Assembly (NCBI RefSeq): GCF_009834535.1
Contig: NC_045696.1
Coordinates: forward strand, 12,092,001 to 12,156,000
DNA length: 64,000 nt
Reading direction: 5' to 3'
DNA from: Camelus ferus
Lineage: Eukaryota
The notes beneath the pieces were generated by a model. That model had not been told where the DNA came from. It was given only the letters and a program-made list of their open reading frames with translations, and ran no database searches. Both the position numbers and the translations under genes were made by a program. Shown one piece after another: positions 24,413 to 36,434 of the stretch (position 1 is its first letter; the number at the start of each line of letters is the position of its first letter).

Positions 24413-26049
24413 TTGGCGTCTCGATGCAGTATTTAGGGTAATTTGATTCTTAAACACCCATGAGGCCAGCCTGTGGTTATGATCTCCAAGAAGAAACCCT
24501 TCTTCCTTGCCCTCTCCTATCCCAGAGTACAGGCAGAATTAAATAAGCTTCCTTTTCTTTTCTTTTTTTCCTCTTTTGCCAGTGAGTACTTAAAAAAAAT
24601 ATATCTTTTACAAATCTTTTTAGGGTGAGGGTGCATCCCTTCAGGGGAACCACATGAATGTGAGACATTCTGTTCTGATTCTCCAGCTTGTACTGACCCA
24701 ACACCTATTTTCTGTCTCACAGCTTCACACTTAAAGCCAAAGTGTCCAGGGCTGTGGTTCCCAAGCTCAGGTGGTTCTGCTGTTGGGATATGTGTGGTAC
24801 GTTTTTGAATGTCCCAGTGACTGGGACATGCTGAAGGTACTTGGTGCCCAGGGTCCCAGGAAGGCCAGTGCCAGGTGTACCTGCCAAACGTACCATTTTC
24901 CTCTCAGACATCGTCCTCTCCAGACACCAAGAGGTTCCCGTTCCCTTTGGGAAACACCGCTCCAGGGTTTGGGGTTTGGAGACTCAGCACTGCCACGGCT
25001 TTGGGACTGGCCCGTCACTCCCACTTCCTTTGTCTTCTTCATTTTGGGTTCTGGGGATTTCTTGGAGCTCAGCTTTATGTTTAAAAAGGATTTTGTTCTC
25101 TTTTACTTAGCATTTTTAAGTGTTTTGTAGAATTAGGGTTTGTTTTGTTTTTTGCTTCCTTTTCAGGATACCTGGTTCATAGGATTGTTAACAATGAAAA
25201 TGCTTTCATTTGTTTTTCTACTGTTTTGTGAGCATCTCTATTATGATATGCAGTGGAGATACACAGGGTCACAGCGTTTGGCAGTATGGTCTGGGGTCAC
25301 CATTCTGCAGACTGTGGCATGAAGGTGTCCTTGTGTGTGGTACAGCCTGGCCGCCTGCTTAGTGCTCAGAGAGCCGTGGTTTCTGCCATCTTGGAGTTTA
25401 GTGCTCGTAGGAAGGGTCCCTCCTCCTCCACATTGGGAATCAGCACTTCCCCTACTACTGGCCCCAGCATCTGGGTCATTGCCCCCACTTCAACTGTTCA
25501 GTCCCTTTTTTTTTCCTCTAGAAGTGACAGTGTGACATTGTTTGTGTCCACCAAGTGAACCAGGCTTCTTTCTCTGACTGCTACCACCATGCTATCCAGT
25601 GAACAAGTAATTAAAAGAACTATAAGGAAATTGTAGCACCAGAGCAAGAGGGGGAAACAGACAAACCTACGAATCACATAAAGTGCATTTGCTTCATTGG
25701 TCCTTCATCCCAGGGGAGGAGAGGAGCCCTGGAGCAGGGTTTACTCAGAGGCTGGCTTCTTCCCTTCATTTCCCAACCAACCTAGAATTTGAACAGAAAG
25801 TGATGCCAACAGTTTATGACTGTAATGGTGTCACTGGAGTGAGGTGGCCTCTTTGCAGACTGACATGTTCATCCAGAGTCTGGAAGCGGCTCCCTCCACT
25901 CCTGTTTCTTCTCTTTTTTTTCCTTCTCTCTCATCTAGTTACACTGACGGTGCCGTAGTCCCTAGTCCAGTGCCTGGCATAGTCTAAGATAATGGTAATC
26001 AGACCACTGTCTAACCAGATGAGCTAGATGTCTGTAAATGTCCTAAAGA

Positions 26050-26220
26050 CTTGTTATTCAAAGTGTGGTCCGTGGACCTGCAGTACTTGATTGACATCAT
26101 CTTGGAGCTTGTAAGAAATGCAGAATTGTTAAGTCTAATTCCATAGCTTTTGAATCTGAATCTGTATAACATGACCCCTCAGGCAGTTCAGATGCTCTTT
26201 AAATTTAAGAAGCCCTCCAG
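26050..26220. mobile_element. MER5-like hAT remnant (similar remnants at ~17300-17420 and ~35830-35960)
   Basis: tcaaagtgtggtccgtggacc...ggagcttgtaagaaatgcagaat. Confidence 0.6.
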
Positions 26221-26534
26221 AGGAAAGTGATTTTAATATTCTTTTCCCTAGTGCGGGGAGTCACCCTAGCCAACCAGTGTAGTAGGGACTCTGTAAAATA
26301 GGAAAGAAAGTTGCCTGCACTTTTGCGTAGAATGTGGTGGGATAGTGGGTGTTGTGAGATGTTTAAAGTTTTCCAGGTAATCTATATGAAACAGTTATTT
26401 TTTAAAAATATTATCAAATTGGCTTATTCAGTTATTTTAGCAATTAAGTAATTGATGTAGCAATTAATTTGTTGACTATAAATCAAATCAACTAAGTTAA
26501 TTTTGTTTAAATTTTATTGTATATATTATAAATC

Positions 26535-26842
26535 ACTGGGACTGCTGTGGCAGGACACCACAGACTGGGTGGCTTAAACAACACACACTTATTTCTCAGT
26601 TTCGGAGGCCAGGAAGTCCAAGGTCATTCGCTCTGTGTCCTCACATGAGGGACTGTCGGGGGAGGGGAGCTCTGGTGTCTCTCCCTCCTCTTATAATGAC
26701 ACTAAGCCCACTCTTGAGACCTCATCTAAACCTAATTATCTCCCAAAGGCCTCATCTCGAAATACAGTCACTCTGGGGGCTGGGGCTTCAGCATATGAAA
26801 TTGTCGGAGGATGGAGGGGAAGACAAACATTCAGTCCATAGC
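26535..26842 (-). mobile_element. MaLR LTR (MLT1A-like), internally deleted
   Basis: caccacagactgggtggcttaaacaac...acctaattatctcccaaaggcc...caaacattcagtccatagca. Confidence 0.8.
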
Positions 26843-26939
26843 AATTATTATATATTATAAAATATATATTATGAATAATAAAATATACTCTATTTTAAAA
26901 TAACAATAGTGGTAACAATAAAAACAACAAAAACTTAAC

Positions 26940-27036
26940 TTTTTTTCCCTATTTTTTCCCCAAGTACTGGGAGTTGAACCCAGGACCTCATGCATGCCAA
27001 GCACATGCTTCACCACTGAGCTATGTCCCCCATCCC
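26940..27036 (-). mobile_element. tRNA-Ala-derived camelid-type SINE
   Basis: gtactgggagttgaacccaggacctcatgcatgccaagcacatgcttcaccactgagcta. Confidence 0.85.
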
Positions 27037-27199
27037 AAAACTAACATTTACTGAACTGAGATCATGGAGCATATACTTGGAGGGTCTAACAATATATGTG
27101 CGCATCATGAACTTGACCGCCATACTCCCTTGCACCAGTGTGGCTTTTAGCAGTTACAGTACGTTCTGACCCACGTTTCCTTCCCATTTCCTCTCGCAG

Positions 27200-27303
27200 G
27201 GCACAGCCTCTGCAGCGAGCAGGGCAGCAGTGCCGAGACCGCTCCGGAGGAGCCCGAGGGGCCAGACTTGGAATCCTCAGATGAGACTGATCACAGCAGC
27301 AAG
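27200..27303 (+). CDS. TIAM1: TIAM1 coding exon (phase 1 to 0), acidic linker: (G)HSLCSEQGSSAETAPEEPEGPDLESSDETDHSSK
   Basis: Acceptor ttcccatttcctctcgcag and donor AAG|gtgaga. 104 nt, matches recalled TIAM1 sequence. Confidence 0.95.
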
Positions 27304-28260
27304 GTGAGAGATTTCCATTTTCACATCCTCTGTCTTGAACCACCAAAGAACGTCACCTCTCCAGTTGTATGTGGTTAGGAGGCCCCTCCACAGGACCAAA
27401 GTGTTTTTACTTCTGAGATGTCACTAACTAGGATATGAAATCCAAATTAGAGCCTTGAGAACAAACCCATGTGTGAGGACACAGGGCAGAGATCCCTCTT
27501 GATGAGTTTAAGTCTAATTCTACCCTGTTTCCTTCTTATGCCTCCACTTGTGTGTGACGAAATGGCATCCAAAATGTGTACCGTGGGGTCAGTTTTACTT
27601 TCCTGCAACTCATGGTTTCTCTAATGAACTCCTTTAGCTCTTGAAAAGGTGAGCATCTTTTACATTAAAAGGAAGGAAACAATCTTTTTATTAATTCAAA
27701 CTCTGTTTCTCAGCTGGTTGCGCACTGTAACAAAGGTCTTATTCTGACACTTGGATGCAATTTGTGAATTTGTTTTCTATAATTCATCATGCTTTTATCT
27801 CCCTTCCTAAAGAGTCCATGTGTCAATAAACTCTTCTCATCATAGTCTCCAAAGTGTAACAATTTTAAAACTCAGTTACCTATATCCAAAGACTCCTCCC
27901 CAGTGGAAACAGGTGTGTGTGTGATTATGTTCCTGTATTTATTCATCTGTTTTTTTCAGAATGTTGTGAACATATTTATGTTGGTCGCTGTACCTATCTC
28001 CCATTCTTTTGTGACATTTACCTGTCACGTAACCTGAGCATATCATATAACTTTAAATTACACCTTTGTTTTCTCATCTACAGTATCAGGGTGATTCTTG
28101 ACCTTGTCCAGTGACTGGATGATTGGGTGGGTCAAGTAATATAATGGATATTGATAATGAAAAGATGCTTTTCAATTATGAATGATTATTTTAAAAACCT
28201 GCATTCCTACATGTGTACTTTTTTGTCTGTTTTTGTCTTTATGTATCTTTGTAGGACTTT

Positions 28261-28328
28261 TTTTTTTAATTGAAGTATATAGTCAGTTACAATATGTCAA
28301 TTTCCAGTGCACAGCATAATGTTTCAGC
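28261..28328 (-). mobile_element. Extremely 5'-truncated L1 tail with TSD
   Basis: ttttaattgaagtatatagtcagttacaat, flanked by exact gtaggacttt (28251-28260 and 28329-28338). Confidence 0.75.
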
Positions 28329-29715
28329 GTAGGACTTTCTTGACTGCATATGGGTGACTATCTTCAGCATCTTTCTACCCATATGTTTCTCTTTTGCCAT
28401 CTTGGGATCGTCATTCTCAGTGTCTAAGTTGAGCACAGTATAAAATTTAGTATTTGAAAATAACTTTAATGTTTAGAAATGTAATATTTATAGACTAACA
28501 GGTTTTATGTTGTTGGTTATGAGTTAAACAGCTAAAAAATGGAAATATACATGTTTCACTTAAAGCCAAAAAAGACAGACAAAAGCTTGCTTAAAGTTAC
28601 CTTTTATTTTTAAGGACTTTTACCTACCTAGGTAAGATATTTTGAAGGGTATTTATTAAATTGTTCTGTTACAGACACTGAAAATGTTAATTCTCAGTTT
28701 CTAATTTGATTTGGGAATACAGTTATTTTTCCTGGATCTAAGACGTTTATTTCTGAATACTTGGTCATTTGGATCATTTTTACCTCATTGCAATAGCCCA
28801 GTGTTCTCCTCCCCTTGTGGATTTTGAGAGATTGTTTCCGTTTTAAATATAGTGAGTCATGAGGTCCTCAACAGGATCCTCTATAATATTAGGTTCTGGC
28901 AGCCGAGAGGAAGGAAGAGGCTCCAGGGTTTTGCTGACTTACCCCAGGTGCCTGTCTGACTTCATGGCTCTTTCTCCAGAGAATTAGATGCTGAAACATG
29001 CCTGGAACAGACAGGGTCACGTGTAAGAACAGGCGACGCTGTTCCTGGATTTCACTGTAGAAATGCACGCTGGGCTCTCATAAAAGACAATTTCTTCGCA
29101 GTTATTGACAACAAGTTTGGGTGATGGATGATCTGAATATTGTTCAACTCATTGACACCATAGGTTCATAGTCCTTTTTTCTAGGTTGAATGTAGGGAGC
29201 ACTGTGTGATTCTGTACCTGAAAATACTCTTAATGTTGGTTTGATTCAGATTTTATCTTCTTTATTTGAACTATTTTGTAATGTAACCCAAGTTACTTAG
29301 ATAAAATAGTCTATAATGAGTTAAATTTCTCACTTAAGATATTTGAAAGCAAAAACCTGGGCAAATGGTTCTTGGAAATCGGGTCCTACTGTGTGTTATT
29401 AGTAGTAAATGAGATCTAATTCTTATGTAGTGTCATATATCTTGAGTGCTGTTCCATATTAACTCATCTCATCCTCACAGTATTCCTGAGAGAGATACTG
29501 TTATTCCGCATATTTTATAGATGACCATATTGGAACAGAGAGGTCAAGCAACTCGCTGAAGGTCACACAGCTCTGAGATAGCAAAATGAAGCTCTGTGTT
29601 AACTGCTTTGCTAAAACTACCTTCTCACCAGATTGTTAAGGTCTGGTATTAAATACCAGGTTTCAAAAAAAGGAAGGAATTAATTAATTAGTGGTACTAC
29701 AAGCCAATTTAGATA

Positions 29716-29915
29716 TACTGTTGAACCTTGGGGTTGAACTGCGAGGGTCTGCTTATTGGTGGATTTTTTTTTCCATAGTGGATCCTACTGTACTACCGAT
29801 CTGTGGTTGGTTGAATTTGAGTATATATAGAGGGCAGACTATAAGTCACATACAGATTTTTGACTGCACAGATGATCTGCACACCTAACCTTGAGTTGCT
29901 CAAGGATCAAGTGTA
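29716..29915. mobile_element. Tigger-family MITE (Tigger2/MER8-like)
   Basis: TA-flanked degenerate TIRs ctgttgaaccttg ... caaggatcaagtg, internal gttgaactgcgagggtctgcttat. Confidence 0.65.
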
Positions 29916-30849
29916 TATACTCATTAGCCACTTAAATATCTTCCTAATGCTTAAGCCTTGTGTGTGCATTTAAAAGAATGATTTAAAGTAAGAACAAGCA
30001 TATATCTTAAGCTCCTTGATTAAGGTTAAATGTTTTTTGATGTGGCTTCTTTATCCATGTATACTTTTTCTTGGGAATAAACCGACCATTAATATTTAAA
30101 TTGTAATTTACCTAAAAATGGAAGGATATTTTAGCCTTAATTTGAATGCACTGGGCTGCATGTAGAATGTGAAAAGAAATAAGTAACCAAACAAGTGAAT
30201 AAATGAAATGAAACAAGTAATCTTTTTTTTTTTTTTCATTCTGGCTGAATACGTGAGGGCTGTTGAATTTTTGTTTAATATTTTTGCTGTTCTTCTGAAA
30301 TGAATTGTTTTATGAAATATTGGACAGGATAAAGAGGGCACATGTTGGGAGTTTTATGTGTTTTAAAAATTTTTTTTAGATAGCAGTTTTTGCTGCCAGT
30401 GGTCTTTGGGGCTGAGGAAGTAGATAATTTCGAGTTTGCTGCTGAGCGGTGGTGGCACTGGAATGTCACATCCACGGAATGGGGGCTGGGACTTTCACAC
30501 CACAGGGGCAGTCTGGCGTACTTTCTCTTTTGTAAGCCGCCTCCTTCCTCTTGTGACTGTGGGTGACAACCTCAAAGAGCCACCTCCCCCCCACCCCCAC
30601 TTGTTTCCCTGCTTCTAATGGAAAACTCTTCTCTCTGAAAATGAATGCTAATTAGCTCTGGGCAGTCCTGTCCTGCATTCCAGACCCCCTGGCAACTGTG
30701 ATTTTGTTTTCCATTTAGCCAAAGTATTAGAATAATTTTCAGAGCCTTTCCAATTGGAAAGCCTTTTTAAAAAATCCAAATTGTTATTGTCTCAGACGCG
30801 TCTGCTTTTGTTAAGAAAGCATTGGGAGGGAAATGTGAACATATAAACT

Positions 30850-31355
30850 GTTAAAAACAATTTGCTTTTTCGTGCCCGCTCCCGACTGTGTGAGAGGTGT
30901 CTTCAAAGTTGTAGGAGCCTGCGGGTTTAGTAATCCTGTGCAGTGCAGGGGGCTGGCCAATCAGCTGATCTTGGTCCGCAGAGCAGAGCCGCTCACATCC
31001 CGGGGAGGCGTTTTGTTGCATTGTTTTCTTGCCTCTTGGCTCTCTCCCTTCCTGAAAGTTCTGTTTTGCCAGGTGAACTCAAAGCATGAGTTCTCGTCCA
31101 CGGGTTAGCCTTTGACACCCTCACAGAGGGCACTGACGGGAGGTGGGAGCCGCTCTCGGGGTCGCACGGGCGCTGTCCATTTTGCATGGAGATGCAGCCG
31201 GAGGTCTCCGTGGCAGGACCGGCATGGGCTGTCTGGACGAGAGGATGCTCTCTCGGGAGCCAGAAGGCATTTGGTGCTCTCCGAGTATTTTAAGAAACTT
31301 CTGTTTCTGTGCCGAGCACGTCAGGAGGTAGAATTGTCATGAGAATACACGCCTG
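30850..31355 (+). promoter_or_regulatory. Candidate internal promoter / 5' UTR of a short TIAM1 isoform
   Basis: Locally CpG-enriched with no repeat I recognise. GGCCAATCAG (NF-Y consensus) at 30955-30964 overlaps the E-box CAGCTG, directly upstream of the candidate first exon. Confidence 0.55.
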
Positions 31356-31445
31356 ATGATGTCTGCACTGTGGAAAATAAAGCGCAAGCCCAGGACTGAA
31401 AACAATGGCAAGTCTGGGGATTCTGTCTATCGGTCGCTTCGCGTG
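31356..31445 (+). CDS. TIAM1: Candidate alternative first coding exon of a short TIAM1 isoform: MMSALWKIKRKPRTENNGKSGDSVYRSLRV
   Basis: ATGATG at 31356, 30 open codons, donor GTG|gtgagc at 31446 in phase 0, matching the phase-0 acceptor at 36833. It sits at the end of a CpG-enriched, apparently repeat-free segment with a CCAAT box. Confidence 0.7.
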
Positions 31446-31679
31446 GTGAGCACTGTTTGAATTCTATCTTGCTTGCCTTGTGTATGTGACGACTTTCTAG
31501 CTGGCTTGTTTCCCAGTTCAGATGATGGTGGTTATGCTTGCCCCGTGTCCCCGTATTGCATCCTTCTGCCCTCCAGATTCCCTTGTTGATAAAGAATGTG
31601 TACTTTAGCTTGGGGGTGGGGCGTCGCTAACTGGTATGAAGTCAAGTTTGCCTGGAATCTTTATAAGTATCTATTTTTT

Positions 31680-31860
31680 CATTAAAATTTTTTAAATTGA
31701 AGTATGGTTGATTGACAATGTTGTGTTAGTTTCAGGTGTCCAGCAAAGTGATTCAGTTGTACTTAAATATCCTTTCTCAGATTCTTTTCCATTATAGGTT
31801 ATTACAAGATATTGAATACAGTTCCCTGTGCTGTACAGTAGGTCCTTGTTGTTTACCTAT
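31680..31860 (-). mobile_element. L1 3' end fragment
   Basis: ttgaagtatggttgattgacaatgttgtgttagtttcaggtg...gttccctgtgctgtacagtaggtccttgttg, same family as the 16420 element. Confidence 0.85.
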
Positions 31861-33625
31861 TTTTTTAGCTTTTAAATGGCAGGAAGATGGATGGCTACAA
31901 TTTTTCAAATTAAGCGTCTCTTGACTTTTTCCCCCTTTCTTCTGGTTGGTGGGATTGTGAACGTGTTTGTGTTATATGTGTGATGAGTCTCTCCACCCAC
32001 ACCTCCAATCAGGTAGCCTGTGTTCAGCAAGCATTTTTGGGAGGAGGATGTTCTACTTGCCTCCTATAAAGTTTTAAGTGCTTCTGACTTTATTTCTGCT
32101 TGCTTGAGAAGGAGGTGGATTTAGAAGTGTTGGCTCAAGGGATGTGTTAATGATGTAATGTCCACTGACCTATATTGTGCATGACAACTCCTGTGATAAT
32201 TGTTGACTCTCTAAGGAGAAAAATTTTTAGTGGGTTAATGGGGAGGCATAACTTAAAATCAAATTAAAACTTTTAAGAGTTTAATATTAATTTCAGAGTC
32301 TGCCAACTGTTAGATTTTGTGTCATTTAATGAAATTCAAACTCGGACAGTGAATACACTTGATTTACTCAAATAAGCCTTTATCCTCCCTGGGGTGTTTC
32401 TTCATCAAAGTTTGCTCGAAAGGAGACCCAGAAGATGACAGAGAACTCTAAGGATTATCATTGTATATGATGGTTCTGAAATTATGGAGTGTGTTACTTT
32501 GGTGTCTGTCTCCAAAAAAGGCTTAAATAAGGACAATAAGATTTTAGGCCAGTCTGGCCCCTTTTAAATCCGTGGGAAGTGTTAAAACAGTCAGACTCCA
32601 AGGACAGTTTTAGAACTCTGAACTCGTCTCGAGATAGAAGTTGCCTTTAGTGGTTGCATAACAGGAAGAGCGTTAACAGCTGGGTAGCTTGAAGTGCTAG
32701 TGTGTACTTAAAAGCCTTCTCCCCTCCTTTTGTACTTTCTTTTCATCTTCCACAGGAGGAAAGCGATATTCTAAACATTGCGCTTCGTGTCGACCTCAGG
32801 AAAGTAGCCCATTTCCTCCCGCAGTTGTCCCGTTGATCTCTGGATGTGGGCGGGTCATTCTTCGTCCTGACAGTGGAACAGCTCTGCTACCTGTGAATGG
32901 GTTTAGCAGCTCTGAAATGCCCATAAGTGCTTTCCATTTCCAGGGTGACTGATGGCTGTGCTCAAGGGGGGAGAGCTTTGTACTTCTTCCCATGGAGAGA
33001 TTGGGTCTGTCTTCTCCTTCTCCGCAGTCCTTCACTGCTTGTGCCAGTTCCAGGAAACTTGGCTTTTAGAAGTTGGTGGAGAATCTCTCATGGTAGCTCC
33101 CTTCCTGGGTACTTCTGGCTACACTACTTGATGTGTAAATGACCAGGATGCCACGTGACACTCAGTGATGGAGTGAGGAAGGCACTGCCCTTACCTCTTC
33201 CTATATCCAGTGTCATGGCTCAGCCATACAGAGGAGGTCCTGATGGAATTGATGCAAAGGCGTTTGCTCACAGGATGGGGGCAGGGGGACTTAAAAACTG
33301 GGCCAAAACATGCAAAATCTCTAGATTAAAATTCTAAAGACGACCTGCTTTTCATACTTGCTTCTAAGGACATTTGAGAGGTAATATTTCAGTAAAACAA
33401 AATTCTCAAACTTGATGAGGTCCTTTTAAGTTAATCGTTCCCGGACAAAAGTTTCATGAAGACCCTTATAAATAACACCCCTTAACAATATACACAGTAT
33501 AACTGGTTATTCTGTATGTTTTTATTTAAGTCAATTTATTTTATTAAATTTGTTTATTTATTTATTTAAATAATGTATAATTGACAGTAAAAGAAAATTA
33601 TGTCCATTTTGACCCAGTTCCCTGT

Positions 33626-33765
33626 TTTTTGTTTTTTTTCTTTTAATGAGCAGGTGGTAATTGGGTTTATTCATTTATTTCTATTTGGAGGAGGTGCTGG
33701 GGGTTGAACCTGGGACCTCGTTCATCTCAAGCATGTGCTCTACCACTTGAGCTATACTCTCCCCC
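33626..33765 (-). mobile_element. tRNA-Ala-derived camelid-type SINE
   Basis: gggggttgaacctgggacctc...ctctaccacttgagctatac, with imperfect TSD tgacccagttccctgt / tgacccatttccttgt. Confidence 0.85.
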
Positions 33766-36434
33766 TGACCCATTTCCTTGTGATAAAAGAGTTTATACAT
33801 TGAATCAGAGAACAGGGTTGCTGGTAGAGAAATTGCTTTGTCCCCTTGTCAACTTCAGAGACCACCTGGCTGAATCTATCCCAGCTTTGAAATGCATCTT
33901 GTAAGGAAGGGGTGCCTGAGGCTCTGAACTCTCAGAAGAGGACTCAAGGAAACTTTTAGGTGTCCCCTGGGATGCTAAAGATATTTCCTAATATAATCCA
34001 GGACCTGGTTCAGGAGGGGTGTGCCAGGACGAAGATGAGGGACGTAGCTGTTTGAGGTGAGGTTGGGTAAGAGATGGCTCGGTTTAAAGTCCTAGCCCAC
34101 ACCCCACTAACCTGAGCTTTCCCAGTGGGCCTGCTTGAAACTCAGGATACCAAACCTCCAAGGTGAAGGACTTAACGCAGGCAAAGCCAAGAACCCTACT
34201 TACACTCTTAAAATGGAGACATCAGAGTATTTATGGTGAAACAGAGGGGATGAAAACCCAGAAACTGCATCCCACGCCTTTCATCATTATAACCAGATAC
34301 TGCCATAATGGCAGCAAGTCAGTGTGGTGTGAATTGGGAGCACAAAGGGAAGTGTCTTTTAAATTTCCTGCCATTGATGTGTGTCAGAGTCCCAAGGTTA
34401 TAACTTAGCTTTTCTTCAAGTATGAGGCATCCTTGGTATAATCAGTGAGGACATTGGATTTCACATGGCAATTTGTCTAAATGATAAAACTACAGACACA
34501 TCTACTATGTCTCAGACGGGAAGGCAGTGATGGATTTATGTATCCTGAGTAATAGCCATGATGTTAATTTGCATGTAAATGACAAGCAGCTATAGTTATT
34601 GTCAGGACATTTAGAAAAGCATTGTGTAATTGAAGGTGCCAGTTATACATTTGTTGTGTTACTGAGTGACAAATCAAAGTGACAAAGGAGATTTTGGGAT
34701 TAGCTGGAGGGTAGAGCACTTAAGCTGTCAGCTATTATCACTGTCTTTCCATGGAGTTTTCATTTTGGTGAGGTGCCCCACCCCCCTCCATAATGTCTGT
34801 GTTATAATGCAATTGCCTGTTATGGTTATCATCAGATCATCTAAAAGATATGTGGACATTTTTGTTAAAATGGATCTACTTGTTCCTTTTTAAGTATTAA
34901 GACAAAGCCGTATTTAACTGTATAGTTAATGATGACATTGAGTTAGTAAAACCCTAATGTAACTAAATAAAATAGTTTAGTTTATTTCTACTGAAACAAA
35001 CTTTGATTACAAACAAGTAGTCTTTCTTTTTTAACAGCCTTATTGAGATAGAAATCACATACCATACAGTTCAGACCATTTTGGTGAGCTTTTCATCAGT
35101 CACCAAAAGGAGTCTTCTTTGTGGGGCTATTCTGCGTCTGGCATACCAGTTCCATAGGGAACATTTAACAGTGCCCCTGACAGGTGACTAACACATCCTG
35201 ACACATAAGACCCGGGTTAGTGCTAGCAAGAAATAAGTTGTGTAACCATAAGAGAATTGGATTAATAATTATGTGGATTTGGGTCCTGGCTCTTCTCTTT
35301 CCTGTCATGACATTGCTGCTGCTAATGCATCCTTGATAGGTTCTGATTTCCCATGTCCTTGTCCTGTCTTTATTTCTGGCTTCTTTCCCTTTGGGATACG
35401 CTAATGAGGGAAAAACATGTTAATGTTAGCTGCCTTCCTCTGTGTTTAAGAATTACCCTGCTGGAATACACTTGGTTTGTCTCCTCTGCCCTCCACAAAA
35501 TGCCAGCCTTGACTTTCAGCTCTGTGCACCAACAGTTGGTTTTGGAAAGCTGTTCATCTCAGGATGTTTGCTCTCAGGAGTGAGGAGGTAGGTGATAGAA
35601 GAAGTAATTCTTTATTTGCATAGGTCTGTATTGGAAATACCATATTGGGAATACTTTGCCTAGGGGTGAATTAGACAATAGAACAGGGAAGAGACGTACA
35701 AGAAGGCAGCCAGTCCCTTCAGGGAGCTATGCATCAAACATTTGTAGAGTGGTGCATTTGAACAAATATCAATAAACTAGATTTTGTGCTACAGAATAGC
35801 CTTTGGAGTAATTTTGTAGAGAGCTTTAAAAAATTCTAACACTTGCACATCCCATTCCAGAATTCCGACTGAATTGCTCTGGAGGGGGCACTGGATATCG
35901 GGAGGTTTACAAACTCCCGCAGGTGATTCCTATATGCAGCCAGGGTGGAGAACTGCTGATTCCCCGGTGTTTTCAGCAGTCCGTCTATAGCCCTTGTTTT
36001 GGAGAGCTGTTTTGCATAACTAGACAAGCTGGAATTTTAGAATTCTAGAATCCCCAAATTCTACCTGAATCACCCTGGACAGAGATTGGGTGAGGACTGA
36101 GTTCTATTGAGGTCTTGTTTGGGGCCCAATGCCCCTTATTTTTAGCTGGAGAAGGGAGGTGATGATGGGTGGTGGTAGTGGAATCTATCTGTCTTGGAGA
36201 AGCTGGAGAGAGAGAAATTTTGTTTTTTAAAAAATGGGTATCTGTTGCTATCTAAAAAGTTGCCTTGGTGTCAATTTTTAACAGAGACAGGAAGAATCTT
36301 AGCTTGTAAAATCATCTTCCAGCTGTGCAAAGTAAGTATGTATAGTGCATTGAAATAAGAGCCTGATAATTAGCCTTGTATTTTGGGTGGAACGCACTTG
36401 GCTGTATCTCCGTCTCCTCATTGGTGAGCTTCTT

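Noticed and set aside
28600..28637. 17-nt microexon candidate taag|gacttttacctacctag|gtaaga
   Set aside because: It is frameshifting, has a short AT-rich acceptor and no other support. Chance occurrence is plausible.
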